Assembly (NCBI GenBank): GCA_046582655.1
Contig: JAYGDX010000346.1
Span: 46,999-110,998 of the forward strand
Reading direction: 5' to 3'
Source: Candidatus Poribacteria bacterium
GTDB lineage: Bacteria; Poribacteria; WGA-4E; UBA9662
DNA length: 64,000 bases
Made by a program: the position numbers and the translations under genes. Below the pieces are notes generated by a model. That model was not told the DNA's origin, ran no database searches, and was given only the letters and a program-made list of their open reading frames with translations. Shown here in pieces: positions 11,195 through 21,311 of this stretch. Position 1 is the stretch's first letter. The number at the start of each line of letters is the position of its first letter.

Positions 11195-14100
11195 TTGAAT
11201 AAGAACCTCAATAAGAAGAACCTCAACGATTTTGATTCAATTTCTATAAAAATAGCGGCGCCGGAGCAAATCCGAGGGTGGGCAAAAGCGTCCCTGTCCA
11301 AACCCATGCCTTCTAGTATAAATAAGACAAATTTTGGCGAAGTAAAGAAACCTGAAACAATTAATTATCGAACTTTTAAACCTGAGCGGGATGGTCTGTT
11401 TTGCGAAGCTATTTTCGGGCCGGTGAAGAATTGGGAGTGTCAGTGCGGAAAATATAAGCGTATTAAGCATAAAGATCAAATCTGTGACCGGTGTGGTGTT
11501 GAGGTAACGGAATCGAAAGTCCGGCGTGAAAGGATGGGATATATTGAACTGGCGGCGCCGGTATCACACGTATGGTTTTTCAAGGGACTTCCATCTCGAA
11601 TCGGTTTGTTTCTGGATCTATCCCTTCGTGTTCTGGAACGTATAATTTATTATGAGTCGTATCTTGTTCTTGAAGTTGAAGGAAATCTAACACTTTCCGT
11701 AACCGATGATGAATCAATTTCTAAGAAAAAAAGTGGCGCTGAGTATTTACAAGTCGGACAGGTACTGTCTGAAGCAGAATACATCCAATGGAAGACGGAC
11801 TACCCAACTGAATTTCGTGCTGGTATGGGGGCCGACTCTATACGAGAGCTGCTTGAAAAGATTGATCTTGAGGAGGAGGAACAGGATCTTCGCCAACAAC
11901 TTGCAGCCTCCTCGAGCAAACAAAAGAAGAAGAAACTCGTCAAACGACTTCAGCTTGTTACCGGGTTTAAGAAGGCTGGTAACCGACCGGAATGGATGAT
12001 TTTAGAGGTTATCCCTGTTATTTCACCGGATCTTCGTCCGCTCGTTGCTTTGGATGGGGGGCGGTTTGCCACAAGTGATTTAAATGACTTATACCGTCGT
12101 GTTATTAATAGAAATAATCGCCTCAAGCGGTTAATGGAACTTCATGCGCCTGAAGTTATTATTCGGAATGAAAAACGGATGTTGCAGGAGGCGGTTGATG
12201 CTCTGATTGATAATGGTCGACATGGTCGGGTTGTACGTGGTCCCGGGACGCGGCCATTAAAGTCGCTATCTGATATGCTAAAAGGGAAAGTTGGGCGTTT
12301 CCGTCAAAACCTTCTGGGTAAACGCGTAGATTATTCTGGGCGAAGTGTTATTGTCGTTGGCCCTGAATTGCAGTTGCATCAATGTGGAATTCCGAAAGAG
12401 ATGGCTGTTGAACTGTTCAAGCCATTTATCATCCGAAAACTTCAAGAACGCAATTATGCCCAAACGATCAAAAAAGCAAAGACCATGACAGAGAATATGT
12501 CTCCGAAAGTATGGGAAGTACTTGAGGAAGTTATTGAAGGTCACCCTGTTCTGCTGAACCGGGCGCCCACGCTTCACCGCCTAGGAATACAGGCGTTTGA
12601 ACCGCAGCTTGTTGAAGGGCGAGCAATCCGAATCCATCCTCTCGTCTGTAAGGCTTTTAACGCCGATTTCGATGGGGATCAAATGGCTGTTCATCTGCCG
12701 CTTAGTGTGGAGGCGCAAATTGAAGCTAAACTTCTGATGATGGCTTCTCGCAATGTGCTAAAGCCTGCTCATGGTCGCCCTATTGCTGTGCCCGATCTTG
12801 ATATTGTTTTAGGATGTAGTTTTCTTACGAAAACTGTTCCTCTCTCAACCAATGGTCATCCGATACGCAGTTTCAGAGATCAGGATGAGGCAATTTTTGC
12901 CCATGAGCACGGAAGTCTTGAACTCCACGAGTCTGTTAACCTTTATTTTGATAAAGAAAAGGTATTGGGTGAAAATGGAGATGCTAAGTCTTTGTTATGT
13001 GCTAAGCTTTTTAGCGACAAAAGGTATGCCAAGCTTTTTGCTGATAAAAAGACTGAAAAGCTTTTTAAAAAAGCTATTGATACCGGTGAAAACGTAAAAA
13101 ATGAGATTGAGGATGAGCTTAAGCTTGCATTAAAAGTTAAAGAAGCTAAAGAAAAATCTTTGTTATGTGCCAAGCTTTTTAGCGACAAAAAGTATGTCAC
13201 GCTTTTTGCTGAAGTCGAAGAAGAAGCAGGAAAGCCAATTCTAACCACTGTTGGTCGTATCAAATTCAATCAGGTTGTTCCAGATGGATTATTGTTTGAA
13301 GATTCTGAAACTGGTCGAAACCTTCCATTCGTTAATCAAGAAATGCATGCTAGTGAATTGTCCGATCTAGTCTCTCGTTGTTTTTATGAAATTGGTAACC
13401 GAAGAACGGTTGGGTTTCTGCATGAGCTTAAGGAATTGGGATTCCATTATGCGACCATCTCCGGAATTTCGATTGGTATTCAGGATATGATTATTCCTAA
13501 ACGCAAAAAAGAAATGCTGGATGAGGCATGGGTAGATGTATCTCAGATTGAGTCAGACTTCCAGAAGGGGTTGATGAGTGGTGGCGAACGCTACAATAGG
13601 GTAGTTGATATCTGGCGTGGTTTGATCAGCCGGATAGAAGACGCGCTTTTTGAAGAATTGAAAAAAGATGGTGAGGTTGAGGGATTTAATCCTGTTCATA
13701 TTATGGCAAATTCCGGTGCACGGAGTAAAAGAGAGCCTATTCGTCAAATCAGTGGGCTGCGTGGACTGATGGCTAAGCCTTCTGGGGAAATTATTGAGCA
13801 TCCAATCGAATCTTGCTTCCGTGAAGGACTGTCTGTTCTAGAATACTTCATCTCGACTCACGGTGCCAGAAAGGGGCTGGCTGATACTGCTATTAAAACT
13901 GCCAGCAGTGGGTATCTAACCAGGAAATTGGTTGATGTGGCGCAGGATAATATGATCACTGTATATGACTGTGGAACCCTTAACGGTATAATCAAAAATA
14001 GTGGTGAAGATGACGACCAGGAATTATCAGAGCGTGTTATGGGGCGATATCCCGCTGAGGAAGTCACAGATCCTGACACAGGGGAAATTATTGTCGGCAG

Positions 14101-16255
14101 AGATCAAATTATTAGCCACGAAGAAGCTGGGTTTATTCGTGAAGCCGCTGTTTCTGAAATCAAAGTGCGTTCTCCGCTAACTTGTGAAGCAAAGGGGTCT
14201 GGACTCTGCGTCAAGTGCTACGGAGCAGATCTTTCGAATGGTCAACCAGTTGATATAGGAGAAGCTGTTGGGATTATAGCTGCTCAGTCAATCGGTGAGC
14301 CGGGAACGCAGTTAACGATGCGTACCTTCCACACTGGAGGTACAGTAAGTGGGGAAGTCGAATCTAGAATTCTTGCAAATAATAGTGGGAAAGTTAAGCT
14401 TAGTGATGATATTGACACTGTCATTCCTCAAAGCACAAAGATAAATAGCGTAATGTCTCGAAACGCGGAATTGAAAATCATTGATCCCAAAACAGAACGT
14501 GAACTGTGGAGCCGAAAACTTCCAACCGGAGCTCGCCTTTTGGTAAAGGAAGGAGATGAAATATTAAAGGGCGATCCGCTTTTTGAATCAGATCCTTATG
14601 AACCCATATTTGCTCGGGATAAGGGAATTGCTTACTTTAGGAATGTTGAGCAAAATGTAAATCAAGAAGTCGATAAAAGTAGCGGGATGTCTGAACAGGT
14701 GATTGGTGATTATAAAGATGACTTACCAGAAATTTTGGTACATCCTGAAGATGTATCTGAAATAAGTTTGTCTGATAAAGATACAATAGCTATTGGAAAC
14801 ACACCGGAAATTGCTAAACAGTATCTTAAAGAATGCAAGCAAACTGGTAATAATAAGGCTGCTAGTCTTCAGTTTTTGAAAAGGGCGTTGATCATTGAAG
14901 ACTTAGTGGATCAAGAAGATCGAATTATTGTTCCAGCTAATAGTGTTATTGATCCGGAAAATGAAAAAGTAGCGGATCAAATTTTAAAAGTATTGGGTCA
15001 AAATAGAGATGATAAGTCTCCTTTGCTTGACAAGCTCTTTGGTGACAAAAAGTATGCCAAGCTTTTTGATGAAGTCGAAGAAGCTTCAGAAGGGGAGTTG
15101 TCTGAAAAAGATGAGGCAGAAGAACAGTTAGCTAGTTCATTAGAAGTCGAAAAAAGATCTTTGTTATATGACAAGCTTGTTAGCGACAAAAAGTATGCTA
15201 AGCTTTTTGATGGTAACAAGACTGAAAGGCTTTTTAAGAGAGCTATTGATTCCGGTAAAAATGTAGAAGGTAAGATTAGAGGCAAGCTTGAGGCTGCCGA
15301 AAAACCAGACAAAACTATTAAAGTTCGTAAGTGTTTGGGCTACTACCCACTCCCAACGGGTGCTCATATGTCTACTATAAAAGATGGGGATTCGGTCGAT
15401 AGAGGAGATGTTTTAGCGCGCCTTCCTTTTGAAGCTTCAAAGAGTAGTGATATCGTAAGTGGTCTTCCACGTGTGACGGAGTTATTTGAAGCTCGAAAAC
15501 CGAAGGACGCAGCTTTTATCGCTACCATTGATGGAAAGATTCATCTTCAGGGGATTAGCCGAGGAATGCGTGTTCTGAAAATTATTAATCCGGAGACTGA
15601 TCTTGAAAGTGAAACCTATCGAATTCCTGTGGGTAAGCATTTACACTTTCAAGAAGGGGAAGAGGTAAGATCCGGCGAACAATTGACAGATGGTCCAATT
15701 AATCCGCATGATATCTTGTCTATTCAGGGCGAAGAGGCTGTTCAAAACTACTTGGTTAGCGAGGTCCAGAAGGTCTATCGTGCACAGGGAGAGCGGATTA
15801 ATGACAAGCATATTGAAACGGTTATCCGGCAGATGCTAGGTAAGGTGGAGATTGGCGAACCAGGTGATACAGAGTTTCTTGGTGAGGAAGAAGTTGATCG
15901 ATTGATTTTCCATGCCATGAATAGTAAAACTAGAGAAGAAGGTGGTGAGGAGGCTAGCGCCAAAGTTATCTTGCAAGGTATTACAAAAGCTGCTCTCTCA
16001 ACCGAAAGTTTTGTGTCTGCTGCTTCTTTTCAACAAACGACTTCTGTTCTTACCAAAGCGTCTGCCATCGGTAAAAAAGACTATCTCAGAGGTTTGAAAG
16101 AGAATGTAATTATGGGGCATCTGATTCCGGCTGGTACTGGACTCCCCCGTTTTAAATCGATTGAAGTTTCAGAACGGAAACTGCCCCGAGAGGAAGAAGC
16201 AATCATAGCAGAAGATTTAGTTGTCGGTGACTCGGAGCAGATCCCAGCGGATTAG
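11195..16255 (+). CDS. rpoC: DNA-directed RNA polymerase subunit beta-prime (1686 aa, with lineage-specific insertions)
   Basis: Zn finger 'CQCGKYK..CDRCGVE', catalytic '[12 protein letters not shown]', '[13 protein letters not shown]', '[16 protein letters not shown]'. Confidence 0.99.
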   Translation: MNKNLNKKNLNDFDSISIKIAAPEQIRGWAKASLSKPMPSSINKTNFGEVKKPETINYRTFKPERDGLFCEAIFGPVKNWECQCGKYKRIKHKDQICDRCGVEVTESKVRRERMGYIELAAPVSHVWFFKGLPSRIGLFLDLSLRVLERIIYYESYLVLEVEGNLTLSVTDDESISKKKSGAEYLQVGQVLSEAEYIQWKTDYPTEFRAGMGADSIRELLEKIDLEEEEQDLRQQLAASSSKQKKKKLVKRLQLVTGFKKAGNRPEWMILEVIPVISPDLRPLVALDGGRFATSDLNDLYRRVINRNNRLKRLMELHAPEVIIRNEKRMLQEAVDALIDNGRHGRVVRGPGTRPLKSLSDMLKGKVGRFRQNLLGKRVDYSGRSVIVVGPELQLHQCGIPKEMAVELFKPFIIRKLQERNYAQTIKKAKTMTENMSPKVWEVLEEVIEGHPVLLNRAPTLHRLGIQAFEPQLVEGRAIRIHPLVCKAFNADFDGDQMAVHLPLSVEAQIEAKLLMMASRNVLKPAHGRPIAVPDLDIVLGCSFLTKTVPLSTNGHPIRSFRDQDEAIFAHEHGSLELHESVNLYFDKEKVLGENGDAKSLLCAKLFSDKRYAKLFADKKTEKLFKKAIDTGENVKNEIEDELKLALKVKEAKEKSLLCAKLFSDKKYVTLFAEVEEEAGKPILTTVGRIKFNQVVPDGLLFEDSETGRNLPFVNQEMHASELSDLVSRCFYEIGNRRTVGFLHELKELGFHYATISGISIGIQDMIIPKRKKEMLDEAWVDVSQIESDFQKGLMSGGERYNRVVDIWRGLISRIEDALFEELKKDGEVEGFNPVHIMANSGARSKREPIRQISGLRGLMAKPSGEIIEHPIESCFREGLSVLEYFISTHGARKGLADTAIKTASSGYLTRKLVDVAQDNMITVYDCGTLNGIIKNSGEDDDQELSERVMGRYPAEEVTDPDTGEIIVGRDQIISHEEAGFIREAAVSEIKVRSPLTCEAKGSGLCVKCYGADLSNGQPVDIGEAVGIIAAQSIGEPGTQLTMRTFHTGGTVSGEVESRILANNSGKVKLSDDIDTVIPQSTKINSVMSRNAELKIIDPKTERELWSRKLPTGARLLVKEGDEILKGDPLFESDPYEPIFARDKGIAYFRNVEQNVNQEVDKSSGMSEQVIGDYKDDLPEILVHPEDVSEISLSDKDTIAIGNTPEIAKQYLKECKQTGNNKAASLQFLKRALIIEDLVDQEDRIIVPANSVIDPENEKVADQILKVLGQNRDDKSPLLDKLFGDKKYAKLFDEVEEASEGELSEKDEAEEQLASSLEVEKRSLLYDKLVSDKKYAKLFDGNKTERLFKRAIDSGKNVEGKIRGKLEAAEKPDKTIKVRKCLGYYPLPTGAHMSTIKDGDSVDRGDVLARLPFEASKSSDIVSGLPRVTELFEARKPKDAAFIATIDGKIHLQGISRGMRVLKIINPETDLESETYRIPVGKHLHFQEGEEVRSGEQLTDGPINPHDILSIQGEEAVQNYLVSEVQKVYRAQGERINDKHIETVIRQMLGKVEIGEPGDTEFLGEEEVDRLIFHAMNSKTREEGGEEASAKVILQGITKAALSTESFVSAASFQQTTSVLTKASAIGKKDYLRGLKENVIMGHLIPAGTGLPRFKSIEVSERKLPREEEAIIAEDLVVGDSEQIPAD
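12986..13228 (+). repeat. In-frame repeat insertion 1 in rpoC (copies A at 12986 and B at 13154)
   Basis: [18 protein letters not shown]... and [18 protein letters not shown]..., 168 nt apart, 5 mismatches in the first 57 nt. Confidence 0.9.
15014..15298 (+). repeat. In-frame repeat insertion 2 in rpoC (copies C at 15014 and D at 15155)
   Basis: [18 protein letters not shown]... and [18 protein letters not shown]...; copy D aligns ungapped to copy A over 144 nt (113 identical by hand count). Confidence 0.9.
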
Positions 16256-16275
16256 CTTTTTTAGTAGGTGATGCT

Positions 16276-17154
16276 ATCGATTCTGTATGTGTTCATGCGC
16301 ATGCGAAGATTAACTTACATCTTGAGGTTATTAGAAAGCGTGTAGATGGGTACCATGAAATCGAAACCATTTTTCATTCGCTGGCGCTGCATGACGATGT
16401 CGATATTATAAAACGTTGTGACGCAAGAATTCGAGTTTCTTGCCATGACGCAAGAATTCCATCGGACAATCGGAATCTTGCATATCAGGCAGCGGAGTTG
16501 TTTTGCCAGCAAGTACCTACAACGGGCGGAATTGATATTAAAATAAAGAAGCGTATTCCTGTCGCTTCGGGACTGGCTGGTGGGAGCGCGGATGCTGCCG
16601 CAGTGCTTCTAGGTATGAACAAGCTCTTCGAATCAGGGTTAAATCTTGAAGGTTTAAAAAAAATCGGGTTAAGGTTGGGGGCAGATGTACCGTTTTGCCT
16701 GACAGGTGGGGCTGCAGTTGGGCGTGGTGTTGGAGAAAATTTGACGACAATTTCTCCTTTGGAAGACGTTCCTATTCTACTTGTAAACCCCGGTCTGGAA
16801 ATTTCGGCTGCTTCAGCTTACCAAGGTTTGAATTTAGGATTATCCCGTCAACTAAGAGATGTTAGAATTAGTGCCAAGCATGTCAAAGAGGGTGATTTGG
16901 AAGAAGTATCTCAGTCACTATATAATTGTCTAGAAAGTTCAGTTTTCCAATCTTACCCAATCGTTGCGACTTTGAGGAATAAACTAGGTAGTTTGCCTGA
17001 AAGTTATGGTTCTCTTATGTCTGGCAGTGGTGCAACGGTATTCGCAATAATGCATAGTGACATAGAAACTGTCAAGTCTGCTGAGGTATTGAAAAGTAAA
17101 TTTTCGACTTGTATAGCAACACACACAAGCCCGTTTGGATTGAAAATTGCTTGA
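16276..17154 (+). CDS. ispE: 4-diphosphocytidyl-2-C-methyl-D-erythritol kinase; proposed non-canonical ATC start
   Basis: In-frame upstream of the called ORF: 'AHAKINLHLEVIRKRVDGYHEIETIF'; then 'KRIPVASGLAGGSADAA', 'LGADVPF', 'MSGSGAT'. Confidence 0.92.
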   Translation: MDSVCVHAHAKINLHLEVIRKRVDGYHEIETIFHSLALHDDVDIIKRCDARIRVSCHDARIPSDNRNLAYQAAELFCQQVPTTGGIDIKIKKRIPVASGLAGGSADAAAVLLGMNKLFESGLNLEGLKKIGLRLGADVPFCLTGGAAVGRGVGENLTTISPLEDVPILLVNPGLEISAASAYQGLNLGLSRQLRDVRISAKHVKEGDLEEVSQSLYNCLESSVFQSYPIVATLRNKLGSLPESYGSLMSGSGATVFAIMHSDIETVKSAEVLKSKFSTCIATHTSPFGLKIA

Positions 17155-17227
17155 TGGGCGGTCGCCAAGTGGCTAAGGCATCGGCCTTTGGAGCCGACAT
17201 TCGTAGGTTCGAATCCTACCCGCCCAG
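17155..17227 (+). tRNA. tRNA-Gln (anticodon TTG), CCA not encoded
   Basis: Acceptor TGGGCGG/CCGCCCA, anticodon arm TCGGC-CTTTGGA-GCCGA, T-arm GTAGG-TTCGAAT-CCTAC. Confidence 0.96.
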
Positions 17228-17334
17228 TTTATATTCTTTATTCCAATATGCAATTTCACACAACCATGGCTAAGCGCAGAGCTGCGGTTCCTTTATATTC
17301 TAGGAAAGTTTAACGAATCGAGGAAAATTATTTA

Positions 17335-18003
17335 ATGAGGCAAGTAGAATTAGTAGTACAAAAACGGAATGCTTTTGGAAAGGGGGCAGCACGTACTCTC
17401 AGAAGATCTGGAATAATTCCAGGTATCTTATACGGCCGTGATCAGGATACCATGCCTGTTCAGATCAGCGAGCAAACCTTCAGACAATTTCTTCGTGCTA
17501 ATGGGAAGAATGCGCTTATTGGTCTGAATATTGATGAGTGCGGTACTGAATCTGTTCTGATCAAGGAGTTGCAGATACATCCAGTCAGGCGAAGTTTGAT
17601 CCATGCGGATTTTATACGGATTTCCTTAGATGAACCGGTCACAGCCCCAGTGCTAATGACGCTAGTAGGCTCCGCGCCAGGTGTCCTGGAAGGTGGGGTA
17701 CTGACATTTTCTTTCCGTCAATTGTCAGTTAATTGTTTGCCCTTGCTCATTCCTGAAGAGATTCAAGTCGATATCGGTGAAATGAATATCGGTGACACAA
17801 TTCGTGTTGAAGATATTGCCTTGGATGAGGGAATTGAAAAACTTGACGATTCGCAAACACAAATTGTATCTGTTGTCCCACCGATTATAGAAGTCGAGCC
17901 AGTTGAAGATGTTGAGGACATTGAAGGTCTTGAAGAAGGTGAAGAAGGTGAGCCAGTTGAAGGAGAAACACCTGAGCCTGAAGAAGAAACGGATGATGAA
18001 TAA
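17335..18003 (+). CDS. rplY: 50S ribosomal protein L25/Ctc (long form, acidic tail)
   Basis: 'GKGAARTLRRSG.IPGILYG', 'Q.HPV....HADF', 'GV.EGG.L'. Confidence 0.95.
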   Translation: MRQVELVVQKRNAFGKGAARTLRRSGIIPGILYGRDQDTMPVQISEQTFRQFLRANGKNALIGLNIDECGTESVLIKELQIHPVRRSLIHADFIRISLDEPVTAPVLMTLVGSAPGVLEGGVLTFSFRQLSVNCLPLLIPEEIQVDIGEMNIGDTIRVEDIALDEGIEKLDDSQTQIVSVVPPIIEVEPVEDVEDIEGLEEGEEGEPVEGETPEPEEETDDE

Positions 18004-18017
18004 ATAGCACTTATTCG

Positions 18018-19148
18018 ATGCGAATTATTCAACTGATTGTTGCGTTACTTATTGTTGCTGGAAACTTGTACCTTGGACAAGCACAATCGATCAACATCGT
18101 TGATGAGAATGGTAAGCTGATAATTCGTACAGATGCGTTGCTGACAGGAGGTACAACGTATCTGTCAACAGAAGTTCTGCGTCTTGTTTTCGACACTAAT
18201 CTCACCCAAAAATACATTCCCCTGACAAAAAATTTGACCTTGGTTTTAAGGGAAAGGGAGATACGTCTTCGTATCAACAGAACTTTAATTCAAATTGAGC
18301 CGGGTGGGCAAAATGTATCTCTCCATTATCCACCTTTGTTATTCAAGCGCAAACTGTTTCTTCCAATTGAGTTCTTCACGCAACTGATTCCTCAAGTTTA
18401 TGGATTTGATGTGTCTTACAATGCGACTTTACATCGAATGCAAGTTATCGAGAAAAGTTCGTTATTCACAGACAACGTGTCCGGTCAATTCACAGCTATT
18501 ATTGATCTCGGTCATGGTGGTCAAGATGCGGGATGTCGCCAAGACGGTATTCTTGAAAAGGATGTGGTCCTTCGACTGGCTAAACGGTCCCAGATAGAAT
18601 CATCAGATAAATCTATAACGATCTTGCTGACCCGTGACTCTGATACAACGCTTTCTGCAAAAGATCGAATTCGTTTCGCCAATCGGAAAAAAGAAGCCAA
18701 GCTTTTTATCAGTATACATTGTAATATGAGTTTTTCTCCTGAGAGGAAAGGTATAGAGATTTACGTCAACAATACCAGAAGCGACTTATTAAAAATAGGT
18801 TTGGATCCTGATAAAAATGGTAACACAAACGATCAATTTATACTATTAAAACCTTTATCTCAAGATCACTTCTTAGAAGAAAGCCGTCAGTTTGCTGCAA
18901 TTCTCAAAAACCAATTTGAAAGTGTTTTCAGCGAAAAAATTTCGATGTTTGAGCTACCTTTAAACATGATCCAGAACATTTATATGCCTGCAATATTAGT
19001 CGAAGTTGGGTACTTGTCTAATCCTGTTGATTTGAAAAGGTTGAGGGGGGATCAATTCCTCAATCAAATATCGGTTGTCGTGTTACGGGCTATTGAGAAA
19101 TATCAAGAGAAATTGACAACCGAAAATAGTCTGATAGAAAGGGAATGA
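18018..19148 (+). CDS. N-acetylmuramoyl-L-alanine amidase (Amidase_3) with N-terminal accessory domain
   Basis: Signal peptide; 'IDLGHGGQDAG', 'EKD', 'LTRD.D', 'FISIHCN', 'PAILVEVGY'. Confidence 0.88.
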   Translation: MRIIQLIVALLIVAGNLYLGQAQSINIVDENGKLIIRTDALLTGGTTYLSTEVLRLVFDTNLTQKYIPLTKNLTLVLREREIRLRINRTLIQIEPGGQNVSLHYPPLLFKRKLFLPIEFFTQLIPQVYGFDVSYNATLHRMQVIEKSSLFTDNVSGQFTAIIDLGHGGQDAGCRQDGILEKDVVLRLAKRSQIESSDKSITILLTRDSDTTLSAKDRIRFANRKKEAKLFISIHCNMSFSPERKGIEIYVNNTRSDLLKIGLDPDKNGNTNDQFILLKPLSQDHFLEESRQFAAILKNQFESVFSEKISMFELPLNMIQNIYMPAILVEVGYLSNPVDLKRLRGDQFLNQISVVVLRAIEKYQEKLTTENSLIERE

Positions 19149-19155
19149 AAATCCA

Positions 19156-19728
19156 ATGAGTTGGAGGCAAATCGGGGTTTTTACCATCGGTATTATGGCC
19201 ATGGCTATTTTAATTCTTATTGTTTTTACAAATTTGAATTCAAAAAAAAAGGATAAGCAGCCATCAAACATAGAAACTTTACAATTAAGCCCAGTCTCTA
19301 ATCAGAATTATCAAGCAGAATTAGAATCCATTGATATATTCGTATTGGATAGCGACCAATTTGAACTTATTCCTAAACAGATCGAAATTCATCAATCTGG
19401 CAGTGTTAGTCAAAACTTGAAAGATGTTATTCAGGCACTACTTGAAGCATCAAAAAATGGGTTTCAAACTACTATCCCGGAAGCTACAAGGATATATGAA
19501 GCTTATATTGACGGGAAGACCTGCTATCTTGATTTTTCGCGTGAGCTTTACGGGAAACATATTGGAGGAACGAAAGCCGAGTTTCTAACGATAAGTTCAA
19601 TTTTAAAGACAGTTCGAGCCAATTTTCTTGATCACATTGAACAGGTGCACATTTTGATTGAAGGTGGCCAAGAGATTAAATCAATAGCTGGTCACATTGA
19701 TATTTCTCGTCCCTTTGGTATTTGGTAA
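19156..19728 (+). CDS. GerMN domain membrane-anchored protein
   Basis: N-terminal TM; 'IP..T', 'YLDFS', 'E...I.SI..T', 'V.ILIEG...AGHID'; usual neighbour of the amidase. Confidence 0.85.
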   Translation: MSWRQIGVFTIGIMAMAILILIVFTNLNSKKKDKQPSNIETLQLSPVSNQNYQAELESIDIFVLDSDQFELIPKQIEIHQSGSVSQNLKDVIQALLEASKNGFQTTIPEATRIYEAYIDGKTCYLDFSRELYGKHIGGTKAEFLTISSILKTVRANFLDHIEQVHILIEGGQEIKSIAGHIDISRPFGIW

Positions 19729-19738
19729 ATGGATTAAA

Positions 19739-20356
19739 TTAACTGGAAAGCACTTTCTGCATTACTTGCTCTACTGTGTTGTAACCAAAACCTCGACGTG
19801 TTAGAAACCCATGTAGCCTACGTTTTGCAACATGTGGTTCGAGTGATTTGTAGCGTTTAACTTGCTTCTCTGCTAGGCGAAGTGCGGTGGATAATTCTTT
19901 GTTGGAGTCTATATTAGACAGCACCTGGTTGATGGTTGATAGATCTATTCCTTTATTTATAAGCTCCAATCTCAGCATTTTCCTTCCACGGGGTTTGGAT
20001 TTCTCGCGTCGACGGATCCACTTGCGTGCAAAAGTTTCGTCTTTTATAAAACCAGTCCGCTCCAAATCCTCGATAGAAGCATTAATTCCTTCCTGACTGA
20101 AGCCTTTTCGGTTTAACTCCTCTACCAGTTTTGGTTTAGTATAGGTTTGTTCTTCATGTAATAGGTTCACGGCAAAATTTTTCGCTCGCATTACTTCATC
20201 CGCTTGGAGGAGTTTAACAATAGTGTCATGACTGACCTTTAAGCCGATACGAAGTCCAAACTTGAAAATAAAATCCGCAGGCAAAATCCTAAATTGTTCA
20301 TGATCGAGAAAAAGCATTATTTGGTCATTACCGTGACTTTGTATGTCGGTGATCAT
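19739..20356 (-). CDS. recX: Regulatory protein RecX
   Basis: 'L.RKGF', 'GFIKDETFA', 'RG...LR.EL..KGI', 'FL.RRGF'. Confidence 0.85.
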   Translation of the reverse strand: MITDIQSHGNDQIMLFLDHEQFRILPADFIFKFGLRIGLKVSHDTIVKLLQADEVMRAKNFAVNLLHEEQTYTKPKLVEELNRKGFSQEGINASIEDLERTGFIKDETFARKWIRRREKSKPRGRKMLRLELINKGIDLSTINQVLSNIDSNKELSTALRLAEKQVKRYKSLEPHVAKRRLHGFLTRRGFGYNTVEQVMQKVLSS

Positions 20357-20406
20357 TTTTTCACGAGTGAAAGAACTTGTATTTATAGTTGCTTACTAGT
20401 ATCAGA

Positions 20407-21036
20407 CTAGGTTTCTAGTGTTCCTGCCCACAGAGCACCACGTTGCAACAAAAGGGCAAAATTCTGGTGTTGGCAGGCTTTCATGTCATGTCCCAGTGCA
20501 AGGTAGAAAACTCGTCCCTGTCCCCAATTCTTTGTCCACACAACAGGCATCATTGAACCCTTATGCAGGGCTGATGCAAGGACGTTGACACGGTGATCGT
20601 AGTCAAGTATATACTGCTCATCCGTTACATTGAATTCGACCAGATCTGCCGTGATGGGATGTTCCGAATCCGTGATACTGACTTGATACTCCCGATAATG
20701 CGGATGTGTTACGAAATGGCCTCCAACCATTGATCGGTATTCGGGACAGTCTCTAAATGAGTCAGCGGCGGAATGTATACCAACGTATCCTTTGCCGGAC
20801 GAGACGTGATTTAGTAATCCATTTTTCTGAGCATCGTTAATTTCACCAACGGTGTAGTAAAACACGATAAGATCATACGGATCAAGGTTGGGCGATATGA
20901 GTGCATCCAGATCGTCCTCAATTTTCGTTATTTCAAATGTATTTTGGTCTGAAAGTACGTCTACAATTACTTCGCTGCATCCCTTCCAATCATGGATACT
21001 GCCGCCAGCAAAGACGAGGGTGTTAATTTTTTCCAT
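20407..21036 (-). CDS. ThuA-like protein
   Basis: 'GG.IHD', 'G.GYVGIHSAADSF', 'GGHFVTHP', 'DEQY', 'GRVFYLALGHD'. Confidence 0.88.
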   Translation of the reverse strand: MEKINTLVFAGGSIHDWKGCSEVIVDVLSDQNTFEITKIEDDLDALISPNLDPYDLIVFYYTVGEINDAQKNGLLNHVSSGKGYVGIHSAADSFRDCPEYRSMVGGHFVTHPHYREYQVSITDSEHPITADLVEFNVTDEQYILDYDHRVNVLASALHKGSMMPVVWTKNWGQGRVFYLALGHDMKACQHQNFALLLQRGALWAGTLET

Positions 21037-21197
21037 CCTGATTTCTCCTTAACCTAAATTTGGAACAATACGTAATTATATCATGTTGGTTTTTAAGACT
21101 CAAGCAACCAACCGGTGTGAATTGATGGTACTGCAAAATTTTCATGTGTCAGATTGTTTCAAATAACCGAGAGGCTTGTCGAAGCACTGACTTTTAC

Positions 21198-21226
21198 TTG
21201 CACTATGCACTTTGGTATGCTATAGT
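21198..21226 (+). promoter_or_regulatory. sigma70-type promoter (extended -10) for infC-rpmI-rplT
   Basis: TTGCAC-N17-TATAGT with TG upstream of the -10. Confidence 0.6.
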
Positions 21227-21311
21227 TGTGCGATATTATTAGTCTGTTTTTTTGTGGTAGAATATATGGTATTTTCCCGAGATAGGAAAGGAAATCTGGA
21301 GGTGTTAGAAA

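Noticed and set aside
12986..15298. rpoC repeats as a CRISPR array, intein or DGR template/variable pair
   Set aside because: Repeats are degenerate, coding and not regularly spaced. There is no Cys/Ser...His-Asn intein boundary, mismatches run in both directions rather than A-to-N from one template, and no reverse transcriptase is in the window.
7760..15963. Many 60-177 aa antisense or alternate-frame ORFs within rpoB/rpoC (and similarly in other genes)
   Set aside because: Shadow ORFs of long coding genes with no RBS or protein motifs.
16419..16459. 14-nt direct repeat TGACGCAAGAATTC, 27 nt apart, inside ispE
   Set aside because: Only two short copies encoding DARI twice; no link to the rpoC repeat sequence.
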